A stretch of DNA of 64,000 nt from contig JAFZDO010000025.1 in assembly GCA_017561145.1 (NCBI GenBank), positions 17,776 to 81,775 of the forward strand, in the 5' to 3' direction. The translations under genes were made by a program, and so were the position numbers. The notes under the pieces are model-generated. The model was not told the DNA's origin, ran no database searches, and saw only the letters and a list, made by a program, of their open reading frames with translations. This DNA comes from Clostridia bacterium. Its GTDB lineage: Bacteria > Bacillota > Clostridia > Oscillospirales > CAG-382. Every line of letters begins with the position of its first letter. Position 1 is the first letter of the stretch. Positions 20,427 through 29,465 of the stretch are shown piece by piece.

Positions 20427-21431
20427 ATGAAAAGTAAGACACTCGCACTTATCACTGCGGCACTTATCACCGCGGCGGCACTCGTTCTCACCGTGAGTCT
20501 TTCGCTTCTTAACGGCGCGGCGATCGATATCAGCGATGCTCTTGTTTCGGCGGCAGAACCCGCATTGGACGATGGAATCGCCGATGACGACGTAGCGTTT
20601 GAGGTCAACACCGAAGATGAAATCGACGTTGAGATCAATAACGACGTTGACGAAGAGATCTACGTTACTCCCGAGGATCAACCCGTTGTTGACGAACCCA
20701 CCGTTGACGAGCCTACCGTTGACGAACCCACCGTTGACGAGCCTACCGTTGACGAACCCACCGTTGACGAGCCTGTTGTTGACGAGCCTGTTGTTGACGA
20801 GCCCGCGGTCGATTTCGGCAACCCTGTATTTGCTCCGTCTGCAGAATGGGACGGCGTCGAATTGATAGAGGGCCACAGCGCACCCTATTTCATCTATGAC
20901 GTTGTTGTTCAGGTTTATGAGCACGCAACAGGCAAGCTCGTTTCCCAGACGATCTATATGGACGATCAGGTTTGGGAAGACATCAATCAGCTTCACCTTG
21001 ACGTTTATCAGCAGGGCAATTTGGTTTACGAGCCCGACGACAAGGACGCTGTTCCCGTGGGTATCCCCAACGGCAAATACCGTGTTGAAGTATACGCTAT
21101 CTGGTATGCCGACAACGGCGGATGCGGAAGCTTGTTCTTTGCTTACACCTATGGCACCAACGAGCTTATGGAAGTCTGGAAGCACGGTCAGCTTCATTCG
21201 GGCGCACAGGATTTCATCGCTTACGTCGATGCTCTTATCGCCGATGAAATGGCTCTCGTTGAAGCAGGTCAGGGCAATATCCCCGCACCTACGGACGATG
21301 TGACCTATATCTGCGGCTTTGGTGCTGACAAGGTAAGCCTTACCGCGTTTAATTGGAACGGCGATTACCACAAGATCTTTGAATCCGGACGCGGTGTTGC
21401 AAGATTCCCTTATCTCGAAACCGAAAACTGA
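20427..21431 (+). CDS. Secreted or membrane-anchored acidic protein with VDEPT repeats, function unknown
   Basis: Signal/TM N-terminus, strong AGGAGG RBS, 8 pentapeptide repeats, globular C-terminus. Confidence 0.8.
   Translation: MKSKTLALITAALITAAALVLTVSLSLLNGAAIDISDALVSAAEPALDDGIADDDVAFEVNTEDEIDVEINNDVDEEIYVTPEDQPVVDEPTVDEPTVDEPTVDEPTVDEPTVDEPVVDEPVVDEPAVDFGNPVFAPSAEWDGVELIEGHSAPYFIYDVVVQVYEHATGKLVSQTIYMDDQVWEDINQLHLDVYQQGNLVYEPDDKDAVPVGIPNGKYRVEVYAIWYADNGGCGSLFFAYTYGTNELMEVWKHGQLHSGAQDFIAYVDALIADEMALVEAGQGNIPAPTDDVTYICGFGADKVSLTAFNWNGDYHKIFESGRGVARFPYLETEN
20688..20813 (+). repeat. 15-bp coding tandem repeat (alternating variants give a 30-bp superunit) encoding VDEP(T/V/A)
   Basis: GTTGACGAACCCACC / GTTGACGAGCCTACC alternate, then GTTGACGAGCCTGTT. 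Confidence 0.95.
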
Positions 21432-21461
21432 TTCTTCACCTCTGAAAAACGGCTTTTAGCC

Positions 21462-21496
21462 AAAAAATCGGTACGATCAAATCGTACCGATTTTTT
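21462..21496. terminator. Bidirectional terminator
   Basis: AAAAAATCGGTACGAT-CAA-ATCGTACCGATTTTTT between convergent genes. Confidence 0.85.
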
Positions 21497-21498
21497 AT

Positions 21499-22182
21499 TT
21501 ATACAATGCTTATAAGTTTGCCAAGGTCGTCTATTTCGTAGGTAACGGGAAGGCTCAAAGAGTTGGGCTTGTGCGAAGGATTGAACCAACAGGTGTCGAT
21601 GCCCGAATTAAAGCCACCCTTAATATCGCCCGTGAGCGAATCGCCGATAATAAGAGCTTCGCTTTTATCGGTTATGCCGAGGGAGGCAAAAACGTGGTCG
21701 AAAAATTCCTTGTTCGGTTTTTCGTACCCGATGTCTTCCGAAATAAAGATAGCATCAAAAATCTGATCAAGCCCCGAAAGGCGAAGCTTTTTTTCTTGCG
21801 CGAGCTTTGTTCCGTTCGTGACTGCCGCAAGAACATATTTGCCCTTTTGGGAAAGGAGGAGCTCCTTTGCGTTGTCAACAAATTCGATATGGTCGCCAAG
21901 TGTGACCTGGTAATCGAGGTTAAAGCGTTCTGCGATCGAGACATCGACACCTATAAGCTCAAAAAATTCACGGAATCTGCCTATTAAAATTTCGGGCTTC
22001 GTAAGCTCGTTTCTTTCGAGCATTTTCCAATATTTCGTGTTTATGCTTGAATAGGTCGCAAGCATTTCGTCGTCGCAAACGCCGAGGTTGTATTTTTTAA
22101 ACAGAGCGCGTATTGCATATGCTTCGGCTGCAAGAAAGTTCAAAACGGTGCCGTCGATATCCCACAGTAAATATTTGTACAT
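21499..22182 (-). CDS. YjjG-family HAD nucleotidase
   Basis: WDIDGTVLNF, VTNG, EKP, IGDSLTGDIKGG. Confidence 0.88.
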   Translation of the reverse strand: MYKYLLWDIDGTVLNFLAAEAYAIRALFKKYNLGVCDDEMLATYSSINTKYWKMLERNELTKPEILIGRFREFFELIGVDVSIAERFNLDYQVTLGDHIEFVDNAKELLLSQKGKYVLAAVTNGTKLAQEKKLRLSGLDQIFDAIFISEDIGYEKPNKEFFDHVFASLGITDKSEALIIGDSLTGDIKGGFNSGIDTCWFNPSHKPNSLSLPVTYEIDDLGKLISIV

Positions 22183-22244
22183 AAAAAGCCTCTTTCGGAT
22201 GATCTTATATACAATTATACATACCGTTTAGCCAAACGCAATAG

Positions 22245-23273
22245 TTAAAAGCATTTGCGCCTTGAATTTTTGCAGCTTTCGGTTTTTCCGCAACGGTAGC
22301 AAAGCTCGTTTTCGCAAAAACCCTTTTCCGCGAATTCAACAATATTGCTCACCGTCGTTTCGGCAATGTTGTTAAGCGCCTCCTCGGTCAGAAACGCCTG
22401 GTGCGACGTAACAAGCACGTTTGGCATCGAAATAAGGCGCGCAAGCGTGTCATCGTCCATAATATGGCCCGAAAAATCGTTGAAAAAAATGTCCGATTCC
22501 TCCTCGTAAACGTCAAGACAAGCCGCGCCTACCTTGCGCGATTTTATCCCTGCAAGCAACGCTTCAGTATCGATAAGCGCCCCGCGCGAGGTGTTGATGA
22601 TAATTACGCCCTTTTTCATCTTGGCGATAGCGGCGCCGTTTATAAGATGCTTGGTTTCGTCGGTCAACGGGCAGTGGAGCGAGATAATATCGCTTTTTTC
22701 GAAAAGCTCGTTAAGCGAAACGTAATTTATATTTTCATCCTCGGACGGGAATTTATCGTAAGCAAGCACCTTCATTCCAAAGCCCTTGCAGATATCGGCA
22801 AAAACGCGTCCTATTCTGCCCGTGCCGACAACACCCACAGTCTTTCCGTGCATATCAAAGCCGGTAAGTCCGTTCAAGCTGAAATTAAAATCCTTCGTGC
22901 GGATATACGCCTTGTGGATACGGCGTACCGAGGTCAAAAGCATTGCTATCGCGTGCTCGGCAACCGCATAGGGAGAATATGCGGGCACGTGAAAAATATG
23001 AAGCTTGCCAAACGCATACTTTACGTCAACGTTGTTATAACCCGCACAGCGCAAAGCGACCGCGCGCACCCCGATATCATAAAGTCTGTCGATGGTTTCG
23101 CTATCTATAACGTCGTTGACGAAAACGCAAACGCCGTCGCACCCCTTCGCCAAAGACGCAGTGTCGCGGTTAAGCTTCGTTTCGAAAAACTTAAATTCAA
23201 TGCCGTGCTCGGCTCCGTATTTTTCAAACGACGGCTTATCATAGGGTTTCGTGTCAAAAAATGCATATTTCAT
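22245..23273 (-). CDS. ldhA: D-lactate/2-hydroxyacid dehydrogenase
   Basis: LRCAGYNNVD, VPAYSPYAVAEH, GTGRIG, INTSRG, LDVYEEE, SHQAFLT; start moved to ATG 23273 (GGAGG RBS). Confidence 0.9.
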   Translation of the reverse strand: MKYAFFDTKPYDKPSFEKYGAEHGIEFKFFETKLNRDTASLAKGCDGVCVFVNDVIDSETIDRLYDIGVRAVALRCAGYNNVDVKYAFGKLHIFHVPAYSPYAVAEHAIAMLLTSVRRIHKAYIRTKDFNFSLNGLTGFDMHGKTVGVVGTGRIGRVFADICKGFGMKVLAYDKFPSEDENINYVSLNELFEKSDIISLHCPLTDETKHLINGAAIAKMKKGVIIINTSRGALIDTEALLAGIKSRKVGAACLDVYEEESDIFFNDFSGHIMDDDTLARLISMPNVLVTSHQAFLTEEALNNIAETTVSNIVEFAEKGFCENELCYRCGKTESCKNSRRKCF

Positions 23274-23365
23274 ATTTTTCTGCCTCCTTGCTTTCTTTAT
23301 TATATTATACCCAAAAAACAAGAAGGACTTCGTTGCCTGCGCAACAAAAAACATCCCTAAAAAAC

Positions 23366-23391
23366 AAAGCCGCAGTTTCCTGCGGCTTTTT
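23366..23391. terminator. Terminator-like hairpin next to element copy B
   Basis: AAAGCCGCAG-TTTC-CTGCGGCTTT with T-runs on both strands. Confidence 0.75.
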
Positions 23392-23399
23392 CTATTGGA

Positions 23400-23527
23400 T
23401 TCTATATTTTTCGAGGACATGCGCCTTGAAAAATATACCTAAGATGTTCGCGAGCGGTGAGCGAGGCGCGAGCGCACGAACATCACAAAACCGACCAAAA
23501 TGCTTGCATTTTGTGTCGAGAGCGTAC
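23400..23527 (-). repeat. Structured intergenic repeat element, copy B
   Basis: Reverse complement: ACGCTCTCGA-CACAAAATGC-AA-GCATTTTG...GATGTTCG-TGCGCTCGCGC...CGAACATC-TTAGGTATA-TTTTTCAAGG-CGCATGT-CCTCGAAAAATATAG. Confidence 0.85.
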
Positions 23528-23644
23528 GGTTAAGTCGAACCGGAGGGGCGTTCAGGCGAGTACAGATTGGACAATCATAATCCGAAGCTGTAGAAATCTA
23601 CTGCGAGCGGTTATGATTGTTCAAAGGACAAAAAATACAATGAC

Positions 23645-23678
23645 AAAAAAAGAAGAAACCGCGAAATTGCGCGGTTTC
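23645..23678 (-). terminator. nagB terminator
   Basis: GAAACCGCG...CGCGGTTTC followed on the - strand by TTCTTTTTTT. Confidence 0.8.
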
Positions 23679-23738
23679 AACCTTATAAGAACTGAATTAT
23701 AGACTTTTTGTCCGTTCTGTGCCGTATGAACGACCCGA

Positions 23739-24461
23739 TCAACCTTCGTATGCGTCTTTGTCAACAAGAATAATAGTATTCGGATGGAGCTTAAGAAGGG
23801 TTGCAGGGTTTTGTGTGGTGATCTTGTCATCAAGAAGCTCTGCAACTGCCTGGTGCTTAGCCTTGCCGGTAGCGAGAAGGATGATGGTCTTTGCCTTCAT
23901 GATGGAAGCCATACCCATGGTAACTGCCTGGGTAGGAACGTCTTCCTTCTTTTCGAAGAAACGAGCGTTTGCATTGATGGTGCTTTCGGTAAGAGAGGTG
24001 AGGTGGGTACCTGCAACGAGCTTTTCATCGGGTTCGTTGAACGCGATGTGACCGTTCTGACCGATACCGAGAACCTGAATATCAACACCGCCTGCTGCGT
24101 CGATAGCTGCATCGTATTCTGCGCCCATAGCTGCAGGATCTTCAGCAAGACCGTCGGGAACGCGGGTGTTTGCCTTGTCGATGTCGATGTGATCGAAGAA
24201 GTTAACGTTCATAAAATAACGGTAGCTCTGATCATGGGTGGGAGCGAGAGGATAATATTCGTCAAGGTTGAAGGATTTGCAATCCTTGAACGAAATTTCG
24301 CCCTTTTGATTCATATCAGCAAGGATCTTATACATGCCGACGGGGGTGGAGCCGGTAGCAAGACCGAGAACCGAATTGGGCTTCATATAAACCTGTGCGG
24401 CAAAAATTTTAGCCGCTTCTTTTGCAACTGCTTCTGCGTTTTCGCAAACAATAATTCTCAT
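23739..24461 (-). CDS. nagB: Glucosamine-6-phosphate deaminase
   Basis: LGLATGSTP, FNLDEY, LGIGQNGHIAFNEP, TMGM. Confidence 0.97.
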   Translation of the reverse strand: MRIIVCENAEAVAKEAAKIFAAQVYMKPNSVLGLATGSTPVGMYKILADMNQKGEISFKDCKSFNLDEYYPLAPTHDQSYRYFMNVNFFDHIDIDKANTRVPDGLAEDPAAMGAEYDAAIDAAGGVDIQVLGIGQNGHIAFNEPDEKLVAGTHLTSLTESTINANARFFEKKEDVPTQAVTMGMASIMKAKTIILLATGKAKHQAVAELLDDKITTQNPATLLKLHPNTIILVDKDAYEG

Positions 24462-24497
24462 AATTTATCTTCCTCCGAAAATATTTTTCTACCTTGG

Positions 24498-24526
24498 ATT
24501 ATAGCACTCGATATCCCGAATGTCAA
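24498..24526 (-). promoter_or_regulatory. Consensus sigma-A promoter of nagB
   Basis: TTGACA-17nt-TATAAT with TG extension on the - strand. Confidence 0.8.
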
Positions 24527-24530
24527 TAGA

Positions 24531-24554
24531 AAAAAGCCCGAACAACGGGCTTTT
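24531..24554 (-). terminator. Terminator after ytfJ
   Basis: AAAAGCCCG-AACAA-CGGGCTTTT. Confidence 0.7.
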
Positions 24555-24568
24555 AAGCGTGTCTTTTG

Positions 24569-25051
24569 TTATTCTGCAACAGTTTCTTCGACTTCGACTG
24601 CAACAAGCTCTTCATCGGTATTTTCTGTGTTGCCGTTAAAGAGTGCCATGATCTTCGCAAGAATATCGGGTGCCTTGTCTACCACGCCGTTAATGCCGTC
24701 AAGCACGCGGTTTACGGGGTCGGTCGGTGCGTTGTAGGTTGCCGTATTGCCAAGCTCGACAACACGCGCCTTGCCCTGCTCAACGACGATAAAGCCAAGA
24801 GGAGACATTGTTACGCCTGCGCCGTTGCCGCCTGCGAAATATGCTTTTCCGTTGGGGGAAGGATGCTTGCCGCCAAATTCGGTACCGCCCGAGGCGAATC
24901 CTACCGCAACCTTGGAAAAGGGTATAATGGTCACGTCGCCCTGAATGGTAATGGGGTCGCCGATAACGGTGTTAACGTCAACAACTTCGCCGATTTTGGA
25001 AATCGCGGTGTCGATTATCTGTTTAAGCGGAATTTCGTTTGTGTTGTTCAT
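24569..25051 (-). CDS. ytfJ: GerW/YtfJ family sporulation protein
   Basis: VDVNTVIGDPI, IIPFSKV.VGFASGG, GGNGAGV..SP.GF. Confidence 0.88.
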   Translation of the reverse strand: MNNTNEIPLKQIIDTAISKIGEVVDVNTVIGDPITIQGDVTIIPFSKVAVGFASGGTEFGGKHPSPNGKAYFAGGNGAGVTMSPLGFIVVEQGKARVVELGNTATYNAPTDPVNRVLDGINGVVDKAPDILAKIMALFNGNTENTDEELVAVEVEETVAE

Positions 25052-25069
25052 AATGTTCCCTCTCAATAA

Positions 25070-25651
25070 TTATTCAGCAGTCGGTTCGGTTGCTTCCTCC
25101 GACGTAAAATCAAGCACTACCTGCTCGCCTGCCATCTGAAGCTCGGTCTTGGGAAGGTCGTCGATGCTTTCCAAGCCGAAGCAACGCAAAAATGCATCGG
25201 TCGTGCCGAAAAGGATCGGTCTGCCGGGTGCGTCAAGCGTGCCGCGCTCTGCAACAAGCCCCTTGTCGACAAGCGAAGCGACGATTGCCGAGCTGTCGAC
25301 ACCGCGCACCATTTCGATAAACGATCTTGTTACGGGCTGGTTGTAGGCGATAATGGCAAGAACCTCCAAGGATGCCTTTGAAAGCGGCGGTGCCTTGCGA
25401 AGCTCAAGCGCCTTTTTTACGTATTCTGCAACGTATGCCTTCGTGCAGAGCTGATATGCGCTTTCGACCGTAATGAGCTGAATGCCGCTTTCGCGGTCGT
25501 CCGCATATTTGTTTTTAAGCATCGCCGCCGCCTCGCGAAGACCTTCGGCGTTAACACCGAGTATATCGCAAAGACGGTCGAACGCGACCGGTCCGCCGCA
25601 GGCAAAAAGTATTGCCTCGAGCGCCGCGGGAGTTTCGTTATTAATATTCAT
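25070..25651 (-). CDS. scpB: Segregation and condensation protein B
   Basis: LEAILF, LSKASLEVLAIIAYNQPVTR, RGVDS, PGRP.LFGTT. Confidence 0.95.
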   Translation of the reverse strand: MNINNETPAALEAILFACGGPVAFDRLCDILGVNAEGLREAAAMLKNKYADDRESGIQLITVESAYQLCTKAYVAEYVKKALELRKAPPLSKASLEVLAIIAYNQPVTRSFIEMVRGVDSSAIVASLVDKGLVAERGTLDAPGRPILFGTTDAFLRCFGLESIDDLPKTELQMAGEQVVLDFTSEEATEPTAE

Positions 25652-25663
25652 AAACGCCTCCGA

Positions 25664-26401
25664 TTAAATGAGATTGCCTTCGGTAACGACCTGACCGTTA
25701 CCCTCGACAAAGGAAAGCTCGATATCCTCGCCGTTGCCCTCGACGTCTATCAAGCCGTCGCGCACAAGCTCGAGCAACGCCATAAATACGGCAACCGCCT
25801 CGCTTCTGCTGTGAACACCGGTGAAAAGGTCGATAAAGGTGCAGTTTCTTTTGCGCTCGAGATATTTCATAATATCCTGAGATTTTTCCTCGACCGAATA
25901 ATATCTTTCTTCAATACGCTTGAAAAGCTCGGGCTCGCCGTCTGTCTTGCGCGCGGCAACACGGTCGGCAATACGGGCAAACGCCTCGGTAAGCAATTCA
26001 ACCGCGTGGTCACGCGTGTAATCGCTCTTTTCAAGCTCGCTTGCGGGCTTTGTGAAGGTGTCGAAATGTCCTGCGCTTTGCAAACGCAAAAATTCCGCCG
26101 CCGCCTTTGCGCGTTGATGCTCAAGCAATGCATCGACAAGCTGTGCACGGGGGTCTTCGCTTTCTTCGGTACGGGGAAGGAGCATCTTGCTTTTAATAAG
26201 CATCAACTCCGCCGCCATAACGACAAATTCGCTTGTGACCTCCATATCGAGCTTTCGCATTGCATCGAGATAGGCGATATACTGATCGCATATTTCGGCA
26301 ATGGGAATATCGAAAATGTCTATTTTGTGTTTGGAAATTAGCGCGAGCAGAAGGTCAAGAGGGCCTTCGTATTGCTCAACCTTTAAATTAAGGATTTCCA
26401 T
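25664..26401 (-). CDS. scpA: Segregation and condensation protein A
   Basis: EGPLDLLL.LI, EF.VMAA.L..IKSKMLLP, F.ALLEL. Confidence 0.95.
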   Translation of the reverse strand: MEILNLKVEQYEGPLDLLLALISKHKIDIFDIPIAEICDQYIAYLDAMRKLDMEVTSEFVVMAAELMLIKSKMLLPRTEESEDPRAQLVDALLEHQRAKAAAEFLRLQSAGHFDTFTKPASELEKSDYTRDHAVELLTEAFARIADRVAARKTDGEPELFKRIEERYYSVEEKSQDIMKYLERKRNCTFIDLFTGVHSRSEAVAVFMALLELVRDGLIDVEGNGEDIELSFVEGNGQVVTEGNLI

Positions 26402-26421
26402 AAATCACCGTAATTATCCAA

Positions 26422-27138
26422 TTAAAATACAAAGCTGAATATCCAGTCTGCAAAATCAAATGAAATGCCGAAGAGAAACTCTCTGCCTACCGAAAGCGGC
26501 CAGAAGATGATTTGGGGAATGATTTCCAATTTCGGTATATTTTCCAGAATAATAAGACCCAAAAAGATATAACGCGAATAATATCTAACCTTTGAATACT
26601 TTGCCGCCAAGCGGTTGGGAAGCAAGCACATAACCACGTTCGAGCCGTCAAGCGGGGGAAGCGGTATAAGGTTAAACAAGCCCAAGCCGAAATTGAAGAT
26701 CGCCGAGTAATAAAACACCGACAGTATGGCTGTAACGGTCATATTTTCGATTTCGTTGGTTACAGCAATATAAACAACGAGCACGTAAAGCACCGTCGCA
26801 AAAAATCCGACGATAAAGTTTGTGAACGGTCCCGCCAACGAGGTAATGGCGAAATCACGGCGCGGCTTTTTGAAGTTGCGCGTCATAATAGGAACCGGCT
26901 TTGCCCAACCGAAGCCGACCAAAAGCATCATTATCGTGCCGAGAGGGTCAAGGTGATCGAGAGGGTTAAGCGAAAGCCGTCCGTCGGCTTTCGCTGTATG
27001 ATCTCCGAGCTTATACGCGGCAAAGCCGTGCGCCCACTCGTGAAAGGTCAACGCAGGAAGAAGCGCAACGACCATTATAAGCAGCTGAAGTAAAATTTCG
27101 CTGAACGAGCCGCCGCCGTATATAATGTCCAATAACAT
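26422..27138 (-). CDS. Site-2 protease (M50 family)
   Basis: HEWAH, NPLDHLD, FNLIPLPPLDG. Confidence 0.92.
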   Translation of the reverse strand: MLLDIIYGGGSFSEILLQLLIMVVALLPALTFHEWAHGFAAYKLGDHTAKADGRLSLNPLDHLDPLGTIMMLLVGFGWAKPVPIMTRNFKKPRRDFAITSLAGPFTNFIVGFFATVLYVLVVYIAVTNEIENMTVTAILSVFYYSAIFNFGLGLFNLIPLPPLDGSNVVMCLLPNRLAAKYSKVRYYSRYIFLGLIILENIPKLEIIPQIIFWPLSVGREFLFGISFDFADWIFSFVF

Positions 27139-27172
27139 TAAAAATCAGTCCTTTTTAAAATGCAATAGGGGT

Positions 27173-28804
27173 TTATTTAAGAGTGATCATCGATTTTTCC
27201 CACATATCGGGAGCTTCATAGCCCATCATGGTAACGACGGTTGCGGCAACGTTTGCAAGGCCGTAATCGCCGTCGATGCATTCGTATTTATCGCTGTAGA
27301 AATTATCGTAAATATAGCAGGGAACGGGGTTTAGGGTGTGGCTGGTCTTTGCCTTCTTGCTGCCGTCCTTGTTGGTCTTTGCAAGACCGGATTTCTTGTC
27401 GATCTCGTACATTTCATCGGCATTGCCGTGGTCTGCGGTGATGATCGCAATACCCTTTACCTCGTCGACTGCCTTAAGAATTCTTGCAAGGCAAACGTCA
27501 AGTGCTTCAACCGAGATCTTAGCCGCGATGAACGAGCCGGTGTGGCCGACCATATCGCCGTTGGGGAAGTTAACACGGAGCGCATCGTAATTGCCGCTCT
27601 TGATCTTTTCGATAAGAATATCGGTGATCTCGGCACACTTCATCCAGGGACGCTGCTCGAAGGGAACTACGTCGGAGGGAACCTCGATATATTCTTCCAA
27701 TTCCTCGCTGAACTTGCCGCTTCTGTTGCCGTTCCAGAAATAGGTAACGTGACCGTATTTTTGGGTTTCGGAAATTGCGAGCTGACGAACGCCCTTGTTT
27801 ACAAGGAATTCGCCCATAGTGTTGCTGATCTCGGGAGGAGAAACGAGATATCTGGAGGGGATGTGAGCATCTCCGTCATATTCAAGCATACCTGCGTAAA
27901 CTACGCTGGGAACACGCTTGCGGTCGAACTTGTCAAAGTCTGCGCCTGCTTCAAAGGTCTTGCTAATTTCAATAGCGCGGTCACCGCGGAAGTTGAAGAA
28001 TACAACGCTGTCGCCATCCTCGATGGTGCCGACGGGCTTGCCGTCGCGTGCGATAACGAAGGGTGCGAGATCCTGGTCGATAGCGCCGGTTTCGTTTCTT
28101 AAGGTGGTGATAGCTTCTTCGGCGGAAGCGAAAAGTCTGCCTTCGCCGAGCACGTGGGTAGCCCAGCCCTCTTCAACCATTGCCCAGTTTGCTTCATATC
28201 TGTCCATGGTGATGACCATTCTGCCACCGCCCGATGCGATGCAAACGTCGAAATTATCGTCGCGGAGCTCGCTTAAGAATTCTTCGAAGGGGCAAACATA
28301 ATCAAGCGCACTGGTTTCGCCGACGTCACGGCCGTCAAGAAGAATGTGGATACGAACCTTGCTGAGTCCTTCTTCCTTAGCGCGTACCACCATTGCCTTT
28401 AAATGGTCGATGTGAGAGTGAACGTTACCGTCCGAGAAAAGACCAAGGAAGTGAAGCGTGCTGTTTTTAGCGTTGTCAACGATCTGCTTCCAGGAATCGC
28501 TTGCGAACATTCTGCCGGTTTCGATAGCTTCGGAAACGAGCTTTGCGCCCTGAGCGAAGACCTGACCTGCGCCGAGCGCGTTATGGCCAACCTCGGAGTT
28601 GCCCATATCGTCGTCGGAGGGAAGACCTACTGCGGTGCCGTGTGCCTTAAGGCTGAAGCAGGGATATTTTGCGGCAAGCATATCGAGCGTGGGGGTGTCA
28701 GCCGCTTTGATGGCGTTGCCCTCCTCACGTGCGCAAATGCCGATGCCGTCCATTACAATTGTGATAACAGGGCGCTTTTCTGCGCCGAAAATTCCGTTAG
28801 ACAT
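27173..28804 (-). CDS. gpmI: 2,3-bisphosphoglycerate-independent phosphoglycerate mutase
   Basis: MGNSEVGH, DGNVHSH, LDGRD, FNFRGDR, DMVGHTG, TADHGN. Confidence 0.97.
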   Translation of the reverse strand: MSNGIFGAEKRPVITIVMDGIGICAREEGNAIKAADTPTLDMLAAKYPCFSLKAHGTAVGLPSDDDMGNSEVGHNALGAGQVFAQGAKLVSEAIETGRMFASDSWKQIVDNAKNSTLHFLGLFSDGNVHSHIDHLKAMVVRAKEEGLSKVRIHILLDGRDVGETSALDYVCPFEEFLSELRDDNFDVCIASGGGRMVITMDRYEANWAMVEEGWATHVLGEGRLFASAEEAITTLRNETGAIDQDLAPFVIARDGKPVGTIEDGDSVVFFNFRGDRAIEISKTFEAGADFDKFDRKRVPSVVYAGMLEYDGDAHIPSRYLVSPPEISNTMGEFLVNKGVRQLAISETQKYGHVTYFWNGNRSGKFSEELEEYIEVPSDVVPFEQRPWMKCAEITDILIEKIKSGNYDALRVNFPNGDMVGHTGSFIAAKISVEALDVCLARILKAVDEVKGIAIITADHGNADEMYEIDKKSGLAKTNKDGSKKAKTSHTLNPVPCYIYDNFYSDKYECIDGDYGLANVAATVVTMMGYEAPDMWEKSMITLK

Positions 28805-28847
28805 AAAAATTTACCTCTTGGTTTTAAAAATATATTTTAACAGATTA

Positions 28848-28876
28848 ATTATAGCGAAAAAATGTTGATTTTTCAA
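28848..28876 (-). promoter_or_regulatory. Sigma-A promoter of gpmI
   Basis: TTGAAA-17nt-TATAAT on the - strand. Confidence 0.7.
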
Positions 28877-28908
28877 GTGTTTTTTGCAATTATTTTGCAA
28901 CTATATAT

Positions 28909-28937
28909 TTGACAACAGCGGTAAAAGATGATATAAT
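28909..28937 (+). promoter_or_regulatory. Consensus sigma-A promoter of the nusB operon
   Basis: TTGACA-17nt-TATAAT with TG extension. Confidence 0.85.
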
Positions 28938-28970
28938 AACGTGATTTACTATGTACACATATACGAGGTA

Positions 28971-29465
28971 ATGAATATGACAAGACGTGAATCGCGCGAG
29001 GTCGCAATAACTCTGCTTTTTGAACGCAGCTTTGATTACGATCGCACCGCAGAAGAAATTATGGAATCGGCAGTTGCCGAACGCGATATCAAGATAAGCG
29101 AATTTGCCCGTCAGCTTTTTATCCGTGCGGATGAAAACCTTGGCGACATCAACGAAAAGATCGAGCGCTGCACAGATAATTGGCGCCTTGACAGAATCGA
29201 TCGCGTTTCGCTTACCGTTCTTCGCATTGCGGCGTGCGAAATAGATTATTTCCCCGAAATTCCTGTTGAGATCACCGTTAACGAGGCGCTTGAATTGGCG
29301 CGTCATTTCGGCGAGGAGGAATCTGTCGGCTTTATCCACGGCGTGCTTGGAAAATATGCAAAGGGCGTCGAAAAGCCTCTTGCAAAGAAAAAGCCGCTTG
29401 AAGCAGAGTCCGAAGAAGACAGCGAAGAAATTATCATGTCCGCTTCGGGAGAAGATGCCGAATGA
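28971..29465 (+). CDS. nusB: Transcription antitermination factor NusB
   Basis: RRESRE.A, WRLDRI, VNEALELA, FIHGVLG; start set at the ATG after GAGGT. Confidence 0.92.
   Translation: MNMTRRESREVAITLLFERSFDYDRTAEEIMESAVAERDIKISEFARQLFIRADENLGDINEKIERCTDNWRLDRIDRVSLTVLRIAACEIDYFPEIPVEITVNEALELARHFGEEESVGFIHGVLGKYAKGVEKPLAKKKPLEAESEEDSEEIIMSASGEDAE

Noticed and set aside
20688-20813. Possible CRISPR-like periodicity
   Set aside because: Contiguous 15-bp in-frame coding repeats with no spacers; no cas genes in the window.
23273-23420. N-terminal extension of the ldhA ORF to 23420
   Set aside because: It runs through a terminator and the repeat; the true RBS precedes ATG 23273.
23528-23550. GGTTCGAC (tRNA T-loop-like) on the - strand
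   Set aside because: No cloverleaf, acceptor stem or anticodon arm can be built around it.
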